A stretch of DNA of 64,000 bases from an uncultured virus (IMG/VR IMGVR_UViG_3300009105_000005) (IMGVR_UViG_3300009105_000005:1-64000); one strand, 5' to 3'. Shown: positions 10,869 through 20,820, counted from the first letter of the stretch. The notes: generated by a model from the letters alone, not told the origin. A program made the numbers and translations.

Positions 10869-11264
10869 CTAAAAAGATTCGTCCCTTGTAAAAGGGGTTG
10901 ATACGTTATATACAAACCGCCCATCGACCTCGCCAATGCGCGTTATACTCGATGTGTAGCAGATAATTCCTGAGAAAGTTACGCCCTGAAAAACAGCCTG
11001 TGCTGTGTCGGCCAGAGTCTTTAAAGCCCGTGTTCCTTTAGTCAGCGGCCCCCGAATGTTAATTGAAATGATCCCGGGATATCGGTAACGCTGTGACGAT
11101 CCGATATCGAGCCGAACGCCCTGGCCGTGATGAATTTCAAGTTCCGTAAAGGTCACATCCGGATCAGGGGTATAATCTGTGTTTTCCCATTTAATGGGCG
11201 TTGTGGCTCCCCATTCGGTTTCAAATCGTTGCTCTATGGCCTTTGCTTCATCTTCGAAAGACAT
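10869..11264 (-). CDS. Tail terminator protein (DUF4128-like)
   Basis: Size, position and the WEN..R..GIISINI..G pattern. Confidence 0.7.
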   Translation of the reverse strand: MSFEDEAKAIEQRFETEWGATTPIKWENTDYTPDPDVTFTELEIHHGQGVRLDIGSSQRYRYPGIISINIRGPLTKGTRALKTLADTAQAVFQGVTFSGIICYTSSITRIGEVDGRFVYNVSTPFTRDESF

Positions 11265-11270
11265 AATTGC

Positions 11271-11711
11271 CTATCCAAATTTTAAAGTTGGAACAAACCC
11301 TCTAATCTGCGTTCCCATAAAAAGTTCAATGAACGTTAAGCCGTAAACTTGATAAGCCGGGGTATGCTTCCATCCAACGTATTCAACATTGATATTATGA
11401 GGAATACAGTTCGATATGATGATAGTGTCAAAAGGTCCGACTTGTTTTAATTTAATCAGTTCACCAAGGGCTTCTTTCTTAACGCCTTCTTTATTGACGG
11501 CCGGAAACAAGCGCATTGCCACGGAGCTGTCTTTGGCTTTAACGCCGATTCGATGGCTTAAAACATATGAGCCGGTATGGATAGGAGAGCGTGCTACGAT
11601 GCGTTTAAATGCTTTGGTGGCAACATCGATACGGAATTCTCTGGACGCTTCTTTGATACCCTGTTTGGCTTGGCCGAATGCTTTTTTTATTTGGCTTGTA
11701 TCATTTTTCAC
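11271..11711 (-). CDS. HK97 gp10-like neck/tail completion protein
   Basis: IVARSPIHTG..IIISN motif and position. Confidence 0.65.
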   Translation of the reverse strand: MKNDTSQIKKAFGQAKQGIKEASREFRIDVATKAFKRIVARSPIHTGSYVLSHRIGVKAKDSSVAMRLFPAVNKEGVKKEALGELIKLKQVGPFDTIIISNCIPHNINVEYVGWKHTPAYQVYGLTFIELFMGTQIRGFVPTLKFG

Positions 11712-12073
11712 GACTGTCTCAATTGAAACGTCCAGATTGCTTTAGCCGGATCGGTTTTAATATTCTTAATGTCAAGATCAACGCTGTTATGCTCGATCTT
11801 GCATTTAAGATTTGGAGTGACAGACATATTTTCCACAGGGATTTGGGCTTTCATATCCGTGGGAAGCACTGTGACACCATCAACTTCATTGACACTCCAA
11901 TCCAGAAAAAGCATTTCTACCGTATATTCGTTAATGCTGTCAGAAGGCGTTCCTGATTCAGTATCGTAACCAGAATCGTCTTCGATATATTTAAATGTTA
12001 CCGTTTCAAGCAAATCGCTTGCTGCTTTAAAAGCGGCAACTGCTGCATTTTTAAACGCATCTTGCAATCCCAT
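11708..12073 (-). CDS. Head closure protein
   Basis: YDTESG..DPAKAIWTFQLR. Lies after the adaptor gene. Confidence 0.65.
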   Translation of the reverse strand: MGLQDAFKNAAVAAFKAASDLLETVTFKYIEDDSGYDTESGTPSDSINEYTVEMLFLDWSVNEVDGVTVLPTDMKAQIPVENMSVTPNLKCKIEHNSVDLDIKNIKTDPAKAIWTFQLRQS

Positions 12074-12639
12074 TAAAAGATCCTACCGTCAGCAATATTC
12101 ATTGTTAAAATGTCGTCCGAAGCGTAATTTGCTCCCCTTGTTCGTTGAAGCCTGCGGGCCGGACCTCTTTTCTTGACGCCATATTCTCTGACCATCTGAT
12201 AAACAAAATCCGGCATGACAGATTTGCGATCATATTTATCGGCTGTTAAATCAAGATTGCCGAGCTTCATGCGCCTCATGCCTTTCATGCCATCTTCAAC
12301 AGTGCGGTCAGAAGAAAGCAGCCACATGGCGAATTCAGCCGTTGCTTCTTTTAAAAAATCCGGAATTGAGCTTTCATCAACCAGATATCCTTCGGGATCG
12401 GTAACACCAATTCGGGGATATCCAAGGGCTTGAGTTGAAGCGGCCTTTAAGCCGTTCCAATCGATACCCTGGTCAAACAACCGTGTGGCCATAGCCAAAG
12501 CTATGTTCTTATTGGGATCGGTTTCACCAGCCCAAACAGTGGCGTTCAGACGACTTTCAAAATATGTGTTTGCCTCTGCGAGCGTGCTGTACGTGTTAGC
12601 GTCAACAGCGCCCGCAGTAGCGATTAATGTTAAAGCCAT
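12073..12639 (-). CDS. Head-tail adaptor (DnaT-like family)
   Basis: ANTYSTLAEANTYF..QALGYPR..IPDFLKEATAEFA motifs. Confidence 0.75.
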   Translation of the reverse strand: MALTLIATAGAVDANTYSTLAEANTYFESRLNATVWAGETDPNKNIALAMATRLFDQGIDWNGLKAASTQALGYPRIGVTDPEGYLVDESSIPDFLKEATAEFAMWLLSSDRTVEDGMKGMRRMKLGNLDLTADKYDRKSVMPDFVYQMVREYGVKKRGPARRLQRTRGANYASDDILTMNIADGRIF

Positions 12640-13506
12640 TTATATAAGCACCTTCGCCCAAATAGCTCCAGACGTATAAGCTGTTACGTTAGCCCGAATA
12701 TGGGTGTATGCAATTGCTACTTCATCCAGAGCGGCGGCTGTTTTACTGAGTAACGTATCCCACCTGGCAGTTCCGGCGGCAACTTCGGCATCGGTGGCAA
12801 GTGTGGCTTCGATCAAAACCGTTCCGACAAAGGCCAGAGTGCAGGCAATGTCCCAAAGATCATCGAGCGCATGTCCAGTGGCGGAACCGAATGTTACGAT
12901 AACGCCCAATTCAAGGGTTTGAGCAGCGGCCGTGATTGAAACGCCTGTTATCGGAAATGTTGACCCGCCATCACTCGACCATTTAAACGTATCCACGGTG
13001 CATGTAAACGTCCAGGTATCACCAGCAGTATGATTATCGGTGCCTACAGATGTAACCGTAACACCATTGTCAAGAGCTTGGGCCGAACCGGTGATTGCAA
13101 CTCCGGTGGCTTCCCATGTTAGCCCGCCGTCCTTTGACCATTGAAATGTATCCGGTGTGCCTTCAGCGTCAATTTCAACAACATAAACCAAATCCTCGGG
13201 ACCGGTATATGTTCCGCCGGATGTTATATCATCCGGTCCGCTTCCAGCGTGCACCGCAGCAGCAATATCTGCAATCGCATCGATTTTAACCTGGTAATCG
13301 GTTGCCACAACGCCGGTGAACGTCCCGCCGGATGTGCAATCATCAAGTCCGGGAGCCGTTGCTGATACAGCTGGAACCGTTGTACCGAAAATATGGGCAG
13401 GAATCTGGCTTATGTACGTTTCAGGGGCGCGTAATATGTTTACGATGTTAAGGGCTTCGCTTGCGCCGGTTGCTTTAACCCCATCGAGCAAGGTTAGAAT
13501 TTCCAT
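12640..13506 (-). CDS. Virion structural/decoration protein with nested beta-rich repeats
   Basis: Thr/Gly/Ala-rich. Two copies of DDxTSGGTxTG..ID / TFxWSxDGG..GVxIT..QxL. Confidence 0.55.
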   Translation of the reverse strand: MEILTLLDGVKATGASEALNIVNILRAPETYISQIPAHIFGTTVPAVSATAPGLDDCTSGGTFTGVVATDYQVKIDAIADIAAAVHAGSGPDDITSGGTYTGPEDLVYVVEIDAEGTPDTFQWSKDGGLTWEATGVAITGSAQALDNGVTVTSVGTDNHTAGDTWTFTCTVDTFKWSSDGGSTFPITGVSITAAAQTLELGVIVTFGSATGHALDDLWDIACTLAFVGTVLIEATLATDAEVAAGTARWDTLLSKTAAALDEVAIAYTHIRANVTAYTSGAIWAKVLI

Positions 13507-13516
13507 GCTTTACCTC

Positions 13517-13813
13517 TTACTTTGTTTTGGGGTCGTCCTTATTATCTTTATCGTCCTTTTTGGATCCAGGTTTTCCGGCAGCGGCCTGAACCTGTTCCAT
13601 CATAGCCGTGGCGTCTTTCATCATTTCCTCGGCCTTTTTCAGAACTTCCTCAGCCTGAGCTTGTGCGCTCACCGGTTCCGGAGCTTTGGCCTTGGTGTGT
13701 TTCTTAGGGTCAAAGTCCTCTAAATTGATAATAACAACCTCGGGCGCATCCTTATTCTTTTTTTTCTTCGGATTAACGATTGTAATCGTTTCCAGAGATC
13801 TCATTTCGCTCAT
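13517..13813 (-). CDS. Hypothetical protein downstream of capsid
   Basis: ORF with RBS (GGAAGGA). Confidence 0.55.
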   Translation of the reverse strand: MSEMRSLETITIVNPKKKKNKDAPEVVIINLEDFDPKKHTKAKAPEPVSAQAQAEEVLKKAEEMMKDATAMMEQVQAAAGKPGSKKDDKDNKDDPKTK

Positions 13814-13842
13814 TTTATATCCTTCCTTTATGGTTAAAATGG

Positions 13843-13884
13843 AAAAAGGGGCGGGGGCTGTAGAGCCACCGCCCCTTTTATTTT
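13843..13884. terminator. Intrinsic terminator after major capsid gene (possibly bidirectional)
   Basis: AAAAAGGGGCGG...CCGCCCCTTTTATTTT hairpin with A/T tracts on both sides. Confidence 0.7.
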
Positions 13885-13898
13885 AATGGATAAACGGT

Positions 13899-15089
13899 TT
13901 ATGCGTAGTTACGTCTGGCGACTACACACAGGTTGGGATCGAGGGTCTTAACGCCCCATAGGGCATCAAGGGTTACGACCACTTTGGCGTTTGTGTCGTC
14001 GTAGGCCAGCCGTGATCGGATAGACAGACCCGTTCGAGGATCTTGAACAACGGCCATTTTCGCGCCTGCACCGTCGCCGATTTCCGGCAATGGAGCCATA
14101 GCCAGAGCGAAAGCGTTCCGATGGAACATCAGGTTGGCGAAGTAGCGATCGGCGTAGTTAGCCGAACCGATGGTTTCAAACGTCACAACCGCGCCAGAGC
14201 TGTAGGCCTGAACTGCTTGCGGATAGATCGAAACGGCAGCGTTGGCACCACTCGACAGGGTGGCGTCGGCAGTAACAACGTACCGCTGTGTGTTGCCGGC
14301 AATCACGAAACTGTCACCGGCTTTCAAAGTTTCTACCAGAGACAGATCGGCCAGATTCATTGTGGTGGCGCGAATTGCCATGTTAGCGCCCAGGGAACCA
14401 GCCACGTCGGTTTCGGCCGAAACAACCGTACCGGAAGTATGATCGGTCAGGGTTTGTTGAACGAAATGTTCAACACCGAACCGAGTACCGAGAGAACCCC
14501 TCCGGCGGGTAGCCTTGGAGTCTTGCTCGCCGGCTACGTTAGCAGCGTGGAACAGGGTCATGTTCAACAGGGCCGCCTCAAGGGTGGAATCCAGACCGAA
14601 ATGAACCATGTCCTGATCAATCAGCGTACCGGCTGTATCCCGAAGAACCTTACGGGCATTGACGATATCGGCGGTTGTGAGAGAACTTGCCAGGTTGTAA
14701 GACCATGGACAGTCCACGTAAAGATCGGTAACATCGGATTCGATGCTGTGGGCGATAGCGTACACGGCAGGGGAAATATGATCGGTGATGATCTTTTCCG
14801 TGGTGTGGGCCAACTCTTTGTCGGTAAGGCCGAATTTAACTTCTTCCCATGTGCCGACGGTAATGTCGATCTTTGTTGGATTGACGTCGTTTACGGTTCC
14901 ATCACCGCCAGACTGGGTTGTGAAAGTACCAGGCTTGGAGATCTGGATGGTGTCGCCCTTGTTTGCGCTTTTGCGTTCTTCATCGTAGCCACGATGGATA
15001 CGTCCTGCCATGCCCAGGCAGTCTTCAAGGACGATCAGTGCTTCTTGGGCATAAAAAATTGGATTATAAGGATCAATGTAATTGGACAT
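13899..15089 (-). CDS. Major capsid protein (P22 coat-like, HK97 fold)
   Basis: KGDTIQISKP, NLMFHRNAFALAM, LDALWGVKTL motifs. Confidence 0.9.
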   Translation of the reverse strand: MSNYIDPYNPIFYAQEALIVLEDCLGMAGRIHRGYDEERKSANKGDTIQISKPGTFTTQSGGDGTVNDVNPTKIDITVGTWEEVKFGLTDKELAHTTEKIITDHISPAVYAIAHSIESDVTDLYVDCPWSYNLASSLTTADIVNARKVLRDTAGTLIDQDMVHFGLDSTLEAALLNMTLFHAANVAGEQDSKATRRRGSLGTRFGVEHFVQQTLTDHTSGTVVSAETDVAGSLGANMAIRATTMNLADLSLVETLKAGDSFVIAGNTQRYVVTADATLSSGANAAVSIYPQAVQAYSSGAVVTFETIGSANYADRYFANLMFHRNAFALAMAPLPEIGDGAGAKMAVVQDPRTGLSIRSRLAYDDTNAKVVVTLDALWGVKTLDPNLCVVARRNYA

Positions 15090-15102
15090 TTATTTTACCT
15101 CG

Positions 15103-15939
15103 CTAAACGATGTTCAGAGAAGCACCCGTTTTTTCCGCCCTGTCCCTGGCAGCCTTATAAGTGCCTGGGTCTTTGGCTTCTGCTTTAGAAAGGGTGATAA
15201 TTGAGCCTTCTCCGATGTTGTCGTTGCCGTGCGCCCCTGGACCTCCCGGGGTCGAACGGAGAATTCTGTTTTTGTCGGGGTAAGCTTCAACAATCGCTGA
15301 AATGGCAGTTTCAAAACCAGCCGGTTCGCCAAGTTTCTGCGGATCTTTGGAAAGGATTTTTGCACCGTTAAGATAACCGACGATTTTTACATCCCTTCCG
15401 GAGCCTTCAACCTTGAAGTATTTTCCGAAAAAGTCAGCGCCCATGTCCGGTGGCAGAATGGTTTTAGGCTTCTCGCCGTTAAACCAGGGACTCTTGGCGA
15501 ATTCAGACGTAAGCGAAAGATGCCGAATGGTGTTTTCCTGATCGGCAATCGTTGTATCTCTTTCACCAACAATCTTTTCATGTTCCGTAACAAGCTGAGT
15601 TTTCTCGGTTTCGTAAATTTCACCGAGTTGCTTTTTCAATTCTTCGACCTTTTCAGCCTTGACTAATTCTTCATCCTCAAGATTTTGAATCGTCTTGAGA
15701 GCTTCCAGAGCCTTGGCAGGATCGGTAATACTTTTAAAAGCTTTCAGCTTTTCCAGAGCTTCTTCCTTTGCCAGCCGGTGTTCTTTGGCTTCGTTGTTAA
15801 GAGCAGCGATCTTCGACAGTGCATCCGGTGCATCAAAAACCATTTCTTCGGCTTCACCACCTTCGATCTCTTTGATGTAGACAGGTTTTCCATCCTGAAC
15901 TACGACATTGCCATTTTCATCGAGTTTTAATTTCCACAT
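15103..15939 (-). CDS. Capsid scaffolding protein (DUF6651-like)
   Basis: KLKLDENGNVVVQDGKPVY..EAKEHR..FGKYFKVE..GEPAGFETAI. Immediately upstream of the capsid gene. Confidence 0.8.
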   Translation of the reverse strand: MWKLKLDENGNVVVQDGKPVYIKEIEGGEAEEMVFDAPDALSKIAALNNEAKEHRLAKEEALEKLKAFKSITDPAKALEALKTIQNLEDEELVKAEKVEELKKQLGEIYETEKTQLVTEHEKIVGERDTTIADQENTIRHLSLTSEFAKSPWFNGEKPKTILPPDMGADFFGKYFKVEGSGRDVKIVGYLNGAKILSKDPQKLGEPAGFETAISAIVEAYPDKNRILRSTPGGPGAHGNDNIGEGSIITLSKAEAKDPGTYKAARDRAEKTGASLNIV

Positions 15940-16155
15940 GCTTACACTCCTTTCGGCTTCTCGCCGTATTACCTTTGGGTTGGCTTCATGCCAAAAACTT
16001 GGGTGAGCTTCACGCTCGGCTTTAGCTTGGGGAGAAACAAAAAAAGGGCAGCACGATGTGTACGGACACCGTACTGCCCTTGGATTTTTTGTTTCATTGA
16101 ATTCGTATTTTTAAGGTGGCCAGACCCCAAAATACAGAACCCCTTTATAAATTTC

Positions 16156-16191
16156 TTGACAATTCTTACTGATAGTGAGATTAAATGTCAA
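16156..16191. promoter_or_regulatory. Face-to-face TTGACA boxes flanking an operator-like motif in the head/terminase divergent region
   Basis: TTGACA on + (16156-61), TTGACA on - (16186-91), and TCTTACTGATAGTGA between them (16164-78). The -10 boxes are weak. Confidence 0.5.
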
Positions 16192-16240
16192 GACAAAAAT
16201 GTAACTTTCCAATAATTTTCTTACAAAAGTGTAGGTTTCT

Positions 16241-16804
16241 ATGTTCCGAAGACCTGTTCATCCTTCCAAAATGCACGAAATTATAGAGCGCCGTGTGAAG
16301 GTAAGTGAGCTATTTAAAAAGAGATATAAACATTATGAAATAGCCCAAATGCTCGGCGTTGATCGTTCCACAATTACCAAAGACATAAAAGCGATCCAAA
16401 AAGAATGGAAAGCCGAAGCTCTCGATAATTTACATATAGTAAGATTACGGGAGCTTGCCGATTTGGATGACATGGAACGAATTTGCATCGAAAGATTGGA
16501 AAAATTAGCAAAAAATCCACATCAGGGATCACGCTGGATGGAAGAACGCCGGAAGATCAAAGAACGCCGATCAAAACTGCTCGGCCTGGATGCAGAGCAA
16601 AAAATGAGCGTTAAGCGTGAGCTGACCATTATCACCAAGGAAAAACGCGACCAAGTTGTTTTAGCTGCTCTTGGTAACCGGCTTCCGGAAGGCATTGAGT
16701 ACAATCCTAAAATTGGTTTTACCGGAGATGCAATCGATGTGGAATTTGAGGAAATAAAATCTTCTAATGGAAATAGCGACACAACCCACACAGCAGCAGC
16801 TTAA
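16241..16804 (+). CDS. terS: Terminase small subunit (HTH)
   Basis: HTH YEIAQMLGVDRSTITKD and RRSKLLGLDA motif. Overlaps the terL start. Confidence 0.75.
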   Translation: MFRRPVHPSKMHEIIERRVKVSELFKKRYKHYEIAQMLGVDRSTITKDIKAIQKEWKAEALDNLHIVRLRELADLDDMERICIERLEKLAKNPHQGSRWMEERRKIKERRSKLLGLDAEQKMSVKRELTIITKEKRDQVVLAALGNRLPEGIEYNPKIGFTGDAIDVEFEEIKSSNGNSDTTHTAAA

Positions 16805-19319
16805 CAGGTTGCGATCGCTACCTGTTGAAGATTTGGCGTTTTCCAATCTGCTTGCTTATGCCGCATTGATGTATAACGACTATCAAGTTGCTCCGCATAT
16901 TGAGTATGTAGCACAGCATTTAATGGCCGTTGAGCGGGGGGACATAACAAGATTAATGATCTTTATGCCGCCCCGCCACGGCAAACAACTTGCTGATAAT
17001 ACTGATATTTTAACAACACTTGGGTGGAAAAAGCATGGTGACTTAAAAATTGGAGATTTTGTTTTTGGAATTAATGGCCGCCCTGTGCGCATAAATTGGA
17101 TTGCTCCGAAAACCCTTGCTACGCTTGAGATTGAATTTACTAATGGAACCAAAATTAAATGTCATAAAAATCATGAATGGACTGTATGGGATAGGACGAA
17201 AAACGCATTTGCTACTTATGAAACAAAATATTTTATTTCGACTACAAAGTTCGGTGAACAGCGCAAATTAGAAAGTGCTGGGCGTTTTATATATCAACTT
17301 TCGCTAATTGATCCTATTGAATTCCCTGATGCAAAACTTCCCATACATCCGTATGTCTTGGGCGCATGGCTTGGTGATGGTAATTCGGATAGAGCACGAA
17401 TATGTGCAGCTCCTAAAGATTCTGCCGTTTTGGATCATATAGAAAAGTGTGGATACCTTAAAACCACTTGTACGATTCATAAAACTACTGGCGTGTTGTA
17501 CCAAAATTATTCCAGAGAACTTAAACTTGCATTAAAGAAGAATAAACTTCTAAACAATAAACATATTCCAGATATTTACCAAAGAGCATCTGTTAAACAA
17601 AGACTTCAGCTACTTGCAGGCTTAATTGATACTGATGGAAGTGTTGATAAGGATTCACGTGTGCGCATTGTTACTGGAGATTCAGTTTTAGCACGCAATA
17701 TCATCGAGCTTGTGCAATCGTTTGGTTGGCATGTTTGCAATTCTAAAATTGCGCCAACAACCTCAAGTTCTGGAATCATTGGAAAAAAAAAGATAAGCTA
17801 TATTGGATTTCAGCCAACATTGAATATCCCGGTCTGTCTTAAACGTAAAAAAATTATCAGGTATGCACTGCGCAGAAGAACATCGATTAAATCTATTACA
17901 CCATGCATACCTGAACCTGGACACTCAATTAGCGTAGAGAGCGAAGATGGCCTATATCTTGTTGGTCGCAAATTAGTTCCAACACACAACACAATGCTGA
18001 CGAGTGAATTTTTTCCTGCATGGTTTTTGGGAAGAAATCCTCAGAAACAAATAATTGCTGCTACTTATTCTTTTGAGCGTGCCGGTGATGTTGGCCGGAA
18101 AGTCAGGAACCAAGCTATTGACCAGACTTATTCTGAAATTTTTCCTGACTGTGAAATATCAAGCGATTCCAAAAGCGCCAACAAACTCGGAACTCTGCAA
18201 GGCGGTAATTATTTTAGCGTTGGTGTCGGCGGAGCAACTGTCGGACGTGGAGCGCATCTGTTTTTAATAGACGATCCTATTAAAAGCAGGGCTGATGCTG
18301 AAAGCGAAGTTGTACAGCGTAAGCTTAGGGAATGGTATCAATCGGTTGCATATACGAGATTAATGCCGGGGAAAAGCGGTATTATTCTTATTATGACCCG
18401 ATGGAGTTACTACGATCTAGCCGGCTATCTGCTTGAAGAACAAAAGCACGAAGGTTGGGTAACTATCGATTTGCCAGCGATCGCAGAAGGCCCGGATGAA
18501 ATCGGCAGGGAAAGAGATCAGGCATTATGGCCGGATGCTTACGATGTTCCGGTGTTGCGAAATATTAAAAAAGCAGTTGGTACAAGAGAATGGAATTCCC
18601 AATATCAGCAAAGACCGCTTCCCGAAGAAGGTGGGATGGTCAAGCTTGATTGGTTTAAAAGATACAGCTTTAGAGAACACAGAGACCTTGAAGTTAATTC
18701 AAGGCAAACCATGACAGAAAAGGAACGGGTTAAACTTCTTGCTGAAAAAACAGCAAACCGAATGCTTGGCGAAAAACAATTCGGATCACGGAAGTTCGTT
18801 AAAATCGTTGCGTCATGGGATACGGCGTTTAAAGAATCTCAGCTTGCAGACCCTTCAGCCTGTACTATATGGGGCGTTACTAATGACAATCTTTATTATC
18901 TGCTTTGGGTTGTTAATAAGCGACTTGAATTTCCGGAGCTTGTCAAAGAAGCCATCAGAGTCCATGAACGCAACAAAAAACATTTTAATTTTACCACAGG
19001 GCAGTGTCCTGTCCTGGTTGAAGATAGGGCCAGCGGTCAGAGTTTAATTCAGGAATTAAAACGATACACCAATATTCCTGTTATTGCGATCAAGGCCGAT
19101 GCCAATAAACAAGTTCGGCTTAGTGAAGTAACCGCAATCATCGAGGCCGGCCGTGTGTATTTACCGGAACAATCAGCGTGGCTTGTTGATTACGAAACAC
19201 AGCTTTGCCAATTCCCGTTCTCCAAGCATGACGATATGGTGGATGCGACTTCCCAATTTCTCAGGTGGGTCGGGAAACCTAAATTCGTGAAAAGTAAGAA
19301 AAAACAGTATTGGAAATAG
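16767..19319 (+). CDS. terL: Terminase large subunit containing an intein
   Basis: MPPRHGK|T Walker A split by the intein. LIDDPIK Walker B, SWDTAFK and HDDMVDA nuclease motifs. Confidence 0.95.
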   Translation: MEIATQPTQQQLNRLRSLPVEDLAFSNLLAYAALMYNDYQVAPHIEYVAQHLMAVERGDITRLMIFMPPRHGKQLADNTDILTTLGWKKHGDLKIGDFVFGINGRPVRINWIAPKTLATLEIEFTNGTKIKCHKNHEWTVWDRTKNAFATYETKYFISTTKFGEQRKLESAGRFIYQLSLIDPIEFPDAKLPIHPYVLGAWLGDGNSDRARICAAPKDSAVLDHIEKCGYLKTTCTIHKTTGVLYQNYSRELKLALKKNKLLNNKHIPDIYQRASVKQRLQLLAGLIDTDGSVDKDSRVRIVTGDSVLARNIIELVQSFGWHVCNSKIAPTTSSSGIIGKKKISYIGFQPTLNIPVCLKRKKIIRYALRRRTSIKSITPCIPEPGHSISVESEDGLYLVGRKLVPTHNTMLTSEFFPAWFLGRNPQKQIIAATYSFERAGDVGRKVRNQAIDQTYSEIFPDCEISSDSKSANKLGTLQGGNYFSVGVGGATVGRGAHLFLIDDPIKSRADAESEVVQRKLREWYQSVAYTRLMPGKSGIILIMTRWSYYDLAGYLLEEQKHEGWVTIDLPAIAEGPDEIGRERDQALWPDAYDVPVLRNIKKAVGTREWNSQYQQRPLPEEGGMVKLDWFKRYSFREHRDLEVNSRQTMTEKERVKLLAEKTANRMLGEKQFGSRKFVKIVASWDTAFKESQLADPSACTIWGVTNDNLYYLLWVVNKRLEFPELVKEAIRVHERNKKHFNFTTGQCPVLVEDRASGQSLIQELKRYTNIPVIAIKADANKQVRLSEVTAIIEAGRVYLPEQSAWLVDYETQLCQFPFSKHDDMVDATSQFLRWVGKPKFVKSKKKQYWK
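16986..17990 (+). mobile_element. Intein (335 aa) with LAGLIDADG homing endonuclease; Gln1, class-3-like
   Basis: Starts QLADNTDILTTLGW, has block B HKNHEW, LGAWLGDG and LAGLIDTDG, and ends LVPTHN/T. Confidence 0.9.
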
Positions 19320-19329
19320 AGAGGGTAAA

Positions 19330-20784
19330 ATGAAAAGAAAAGATCTGATCAAAAAGCACAAAGAATATGACAAGCATATCAATGATTGGAATTTTTATCA
19401 TCTGGCTTATGAAGGTGGAGTGCCTTTTGTTAGAAAGGCTATTGGCAACCGGAATTTAAGGGAGTCAATGGCAAATTGGAGAATGCGAATAGAGGAAGGT
19501 ATTTGCTTTAATTATACGGAAGCGATCGTTGATCTTTTTAATTTTTACCTGACTGAAAAAGCAGCTATCCGTACGATTGAAAAACTGAAAAAAGATCGAC
19601 AATGGGAAATGTTTCTTGAGGATTGCGATCTTATCGGTACTGATTTTGACGTTTTTATGAACGAAGCTCAAAAACTTGCTTCCGTGTTCGGTGCGGTTGG
19701 GATTTTAACGAACAAGCCTCAAACGAATACCCAGACCCGTGAACAGGAAATTCAGCAGAAGATTTATCCATACGTTGCTATTTTTACTCCGCCTAATATT
19801 ATAGACTGGAAATTCGGAAAGCATCCTGATTCCGGCAGACCTATACTTACTTATCTTAAGCTTCGAAATGGGGATCTATATTATTTGTGGTGGCCGAACA
19901 AATGGGAAACTTGGGAAGATGTAAGCATGCGGAGAACGCCCAAGTTGATTGAAAATGGTGATAATCCACTTGGTGAAATACCGTTTACTTGGATGCAGAA
20001 TGTCAAGAAAATAAATACTCCGTATCTTGGAAAATCGGATATTGTTAATATCAGCAAAATTACAGCGAGCATCATTCGTGATATTAGCATGGGGGATGAA
20101 ATTATCAAATTTGCGGGTTTTCCAATTATGCGAAAACCAATGGAAGAAGAAGGTAGAGAATCAAAAGACGAATCAGGGCCGGAGGCAGTTGTTGAGTTCG
20201 ATCCGAGTTATGGAGATTACGGTAAAGCGGATTGGATGAAGACAGAGGTTTTGGAACCGATTGAGGCTATCTTGAAGTGGACTGATCGGAAGGCTGATGA
20301 AATTTACAGAATAGCGCATTTGTCCGGTGTTCATGGACAACGAAAAAGCAACAATAAAAATGTGGGATCCGGATTGGCTTTAAGGTATGAGTATGGTCAA
20401 CTAAGAAGTGTGTTGACCAAAAAATCGGACAGCATGACCGAAGCAGAGCGCAATATTGTCCGGTTCTTTTTTGTGTGGCAACAAACGGAATACGAGGACA
20501 AGGATATCGATATTAGACGATCAAAAGAATTTTCGATTGACGATCTGAGTATTGCCCTTGAAAATATGATTACCTCAATGAAGGCTGTTGTCAGTAAAAA
20601 ATACCGAATTCTTATTCAGCAAAACATTGCCAAAAGGACTTTACCGGATATGTCGGAAAAGGACAAAGCTGAAGTTGATAAGGAAATTACAGGCAATAAA
20701 GGCAGTATTGAAGACCTTGATAAAACCAATATCGAAGGCGTTAAAAGTGCTGCCAAAGCCAATGACAAGCCTGCGGTTAAATAA
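19330..20784 (+). CDS. Portal protein
   Basis: 484 aa directly after terL. YEGG..FNYT, NPLGEIPF and SGLALRYE motifs. Confidence 0.85.
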   Translation: MKRKDLIKKHKEYDKHINDWNFYHLAYEGGVPFVRKAIGNRNLRESMANWRMRIEEGICFNYTEAIVDLFNFYLTEKAAIRTIEKLKKDRQWEMFLEDCDLIGTDFDVFMNEAQKLASVFGAVGILTNKPQTNTQTREQEIQQKIYPYVAIFTPPNIIDWKFGKHPDSGRPILTYLKLRNGDLYYLWWPNKWETWEDVSMRRTPKLIENGDNPLGEIPFTWMQNVKKINTPYLGKSDIVNISKITASIIRDISMGDEIIKFAGFPIMRKPMEEEGRESKDESGPEAVVEFDPSYGDYGKADWMKTEVLEPIEAILKWTDRKADEIYRIAHLSGVHGQRKSNNKNVGSGLALRYEYGQLRSVLTKKSDSMTEAERNIVRFFFVWQQTEYEDKDIDIRRSKEFSIDDLSIALENMITSMKAVVSKKYRILIQQNIAKRTLPDMSEKDKAEVDKEITGNKGSIEDLDKTNIEGVKSAAKANDKPAVK

Positions 20785-20820
20785 ATTATGGACATTAAAT
20801 AATAGCTTGCCCACCTTGAA

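Noticed and set aside
14043..15188. 381-aa plus-strand ORF (and similar at 60488-61396, 41598-42158)
   Set aside because: Antisense shadows of well-supported minus-strand genes, with no recognisable motifs.
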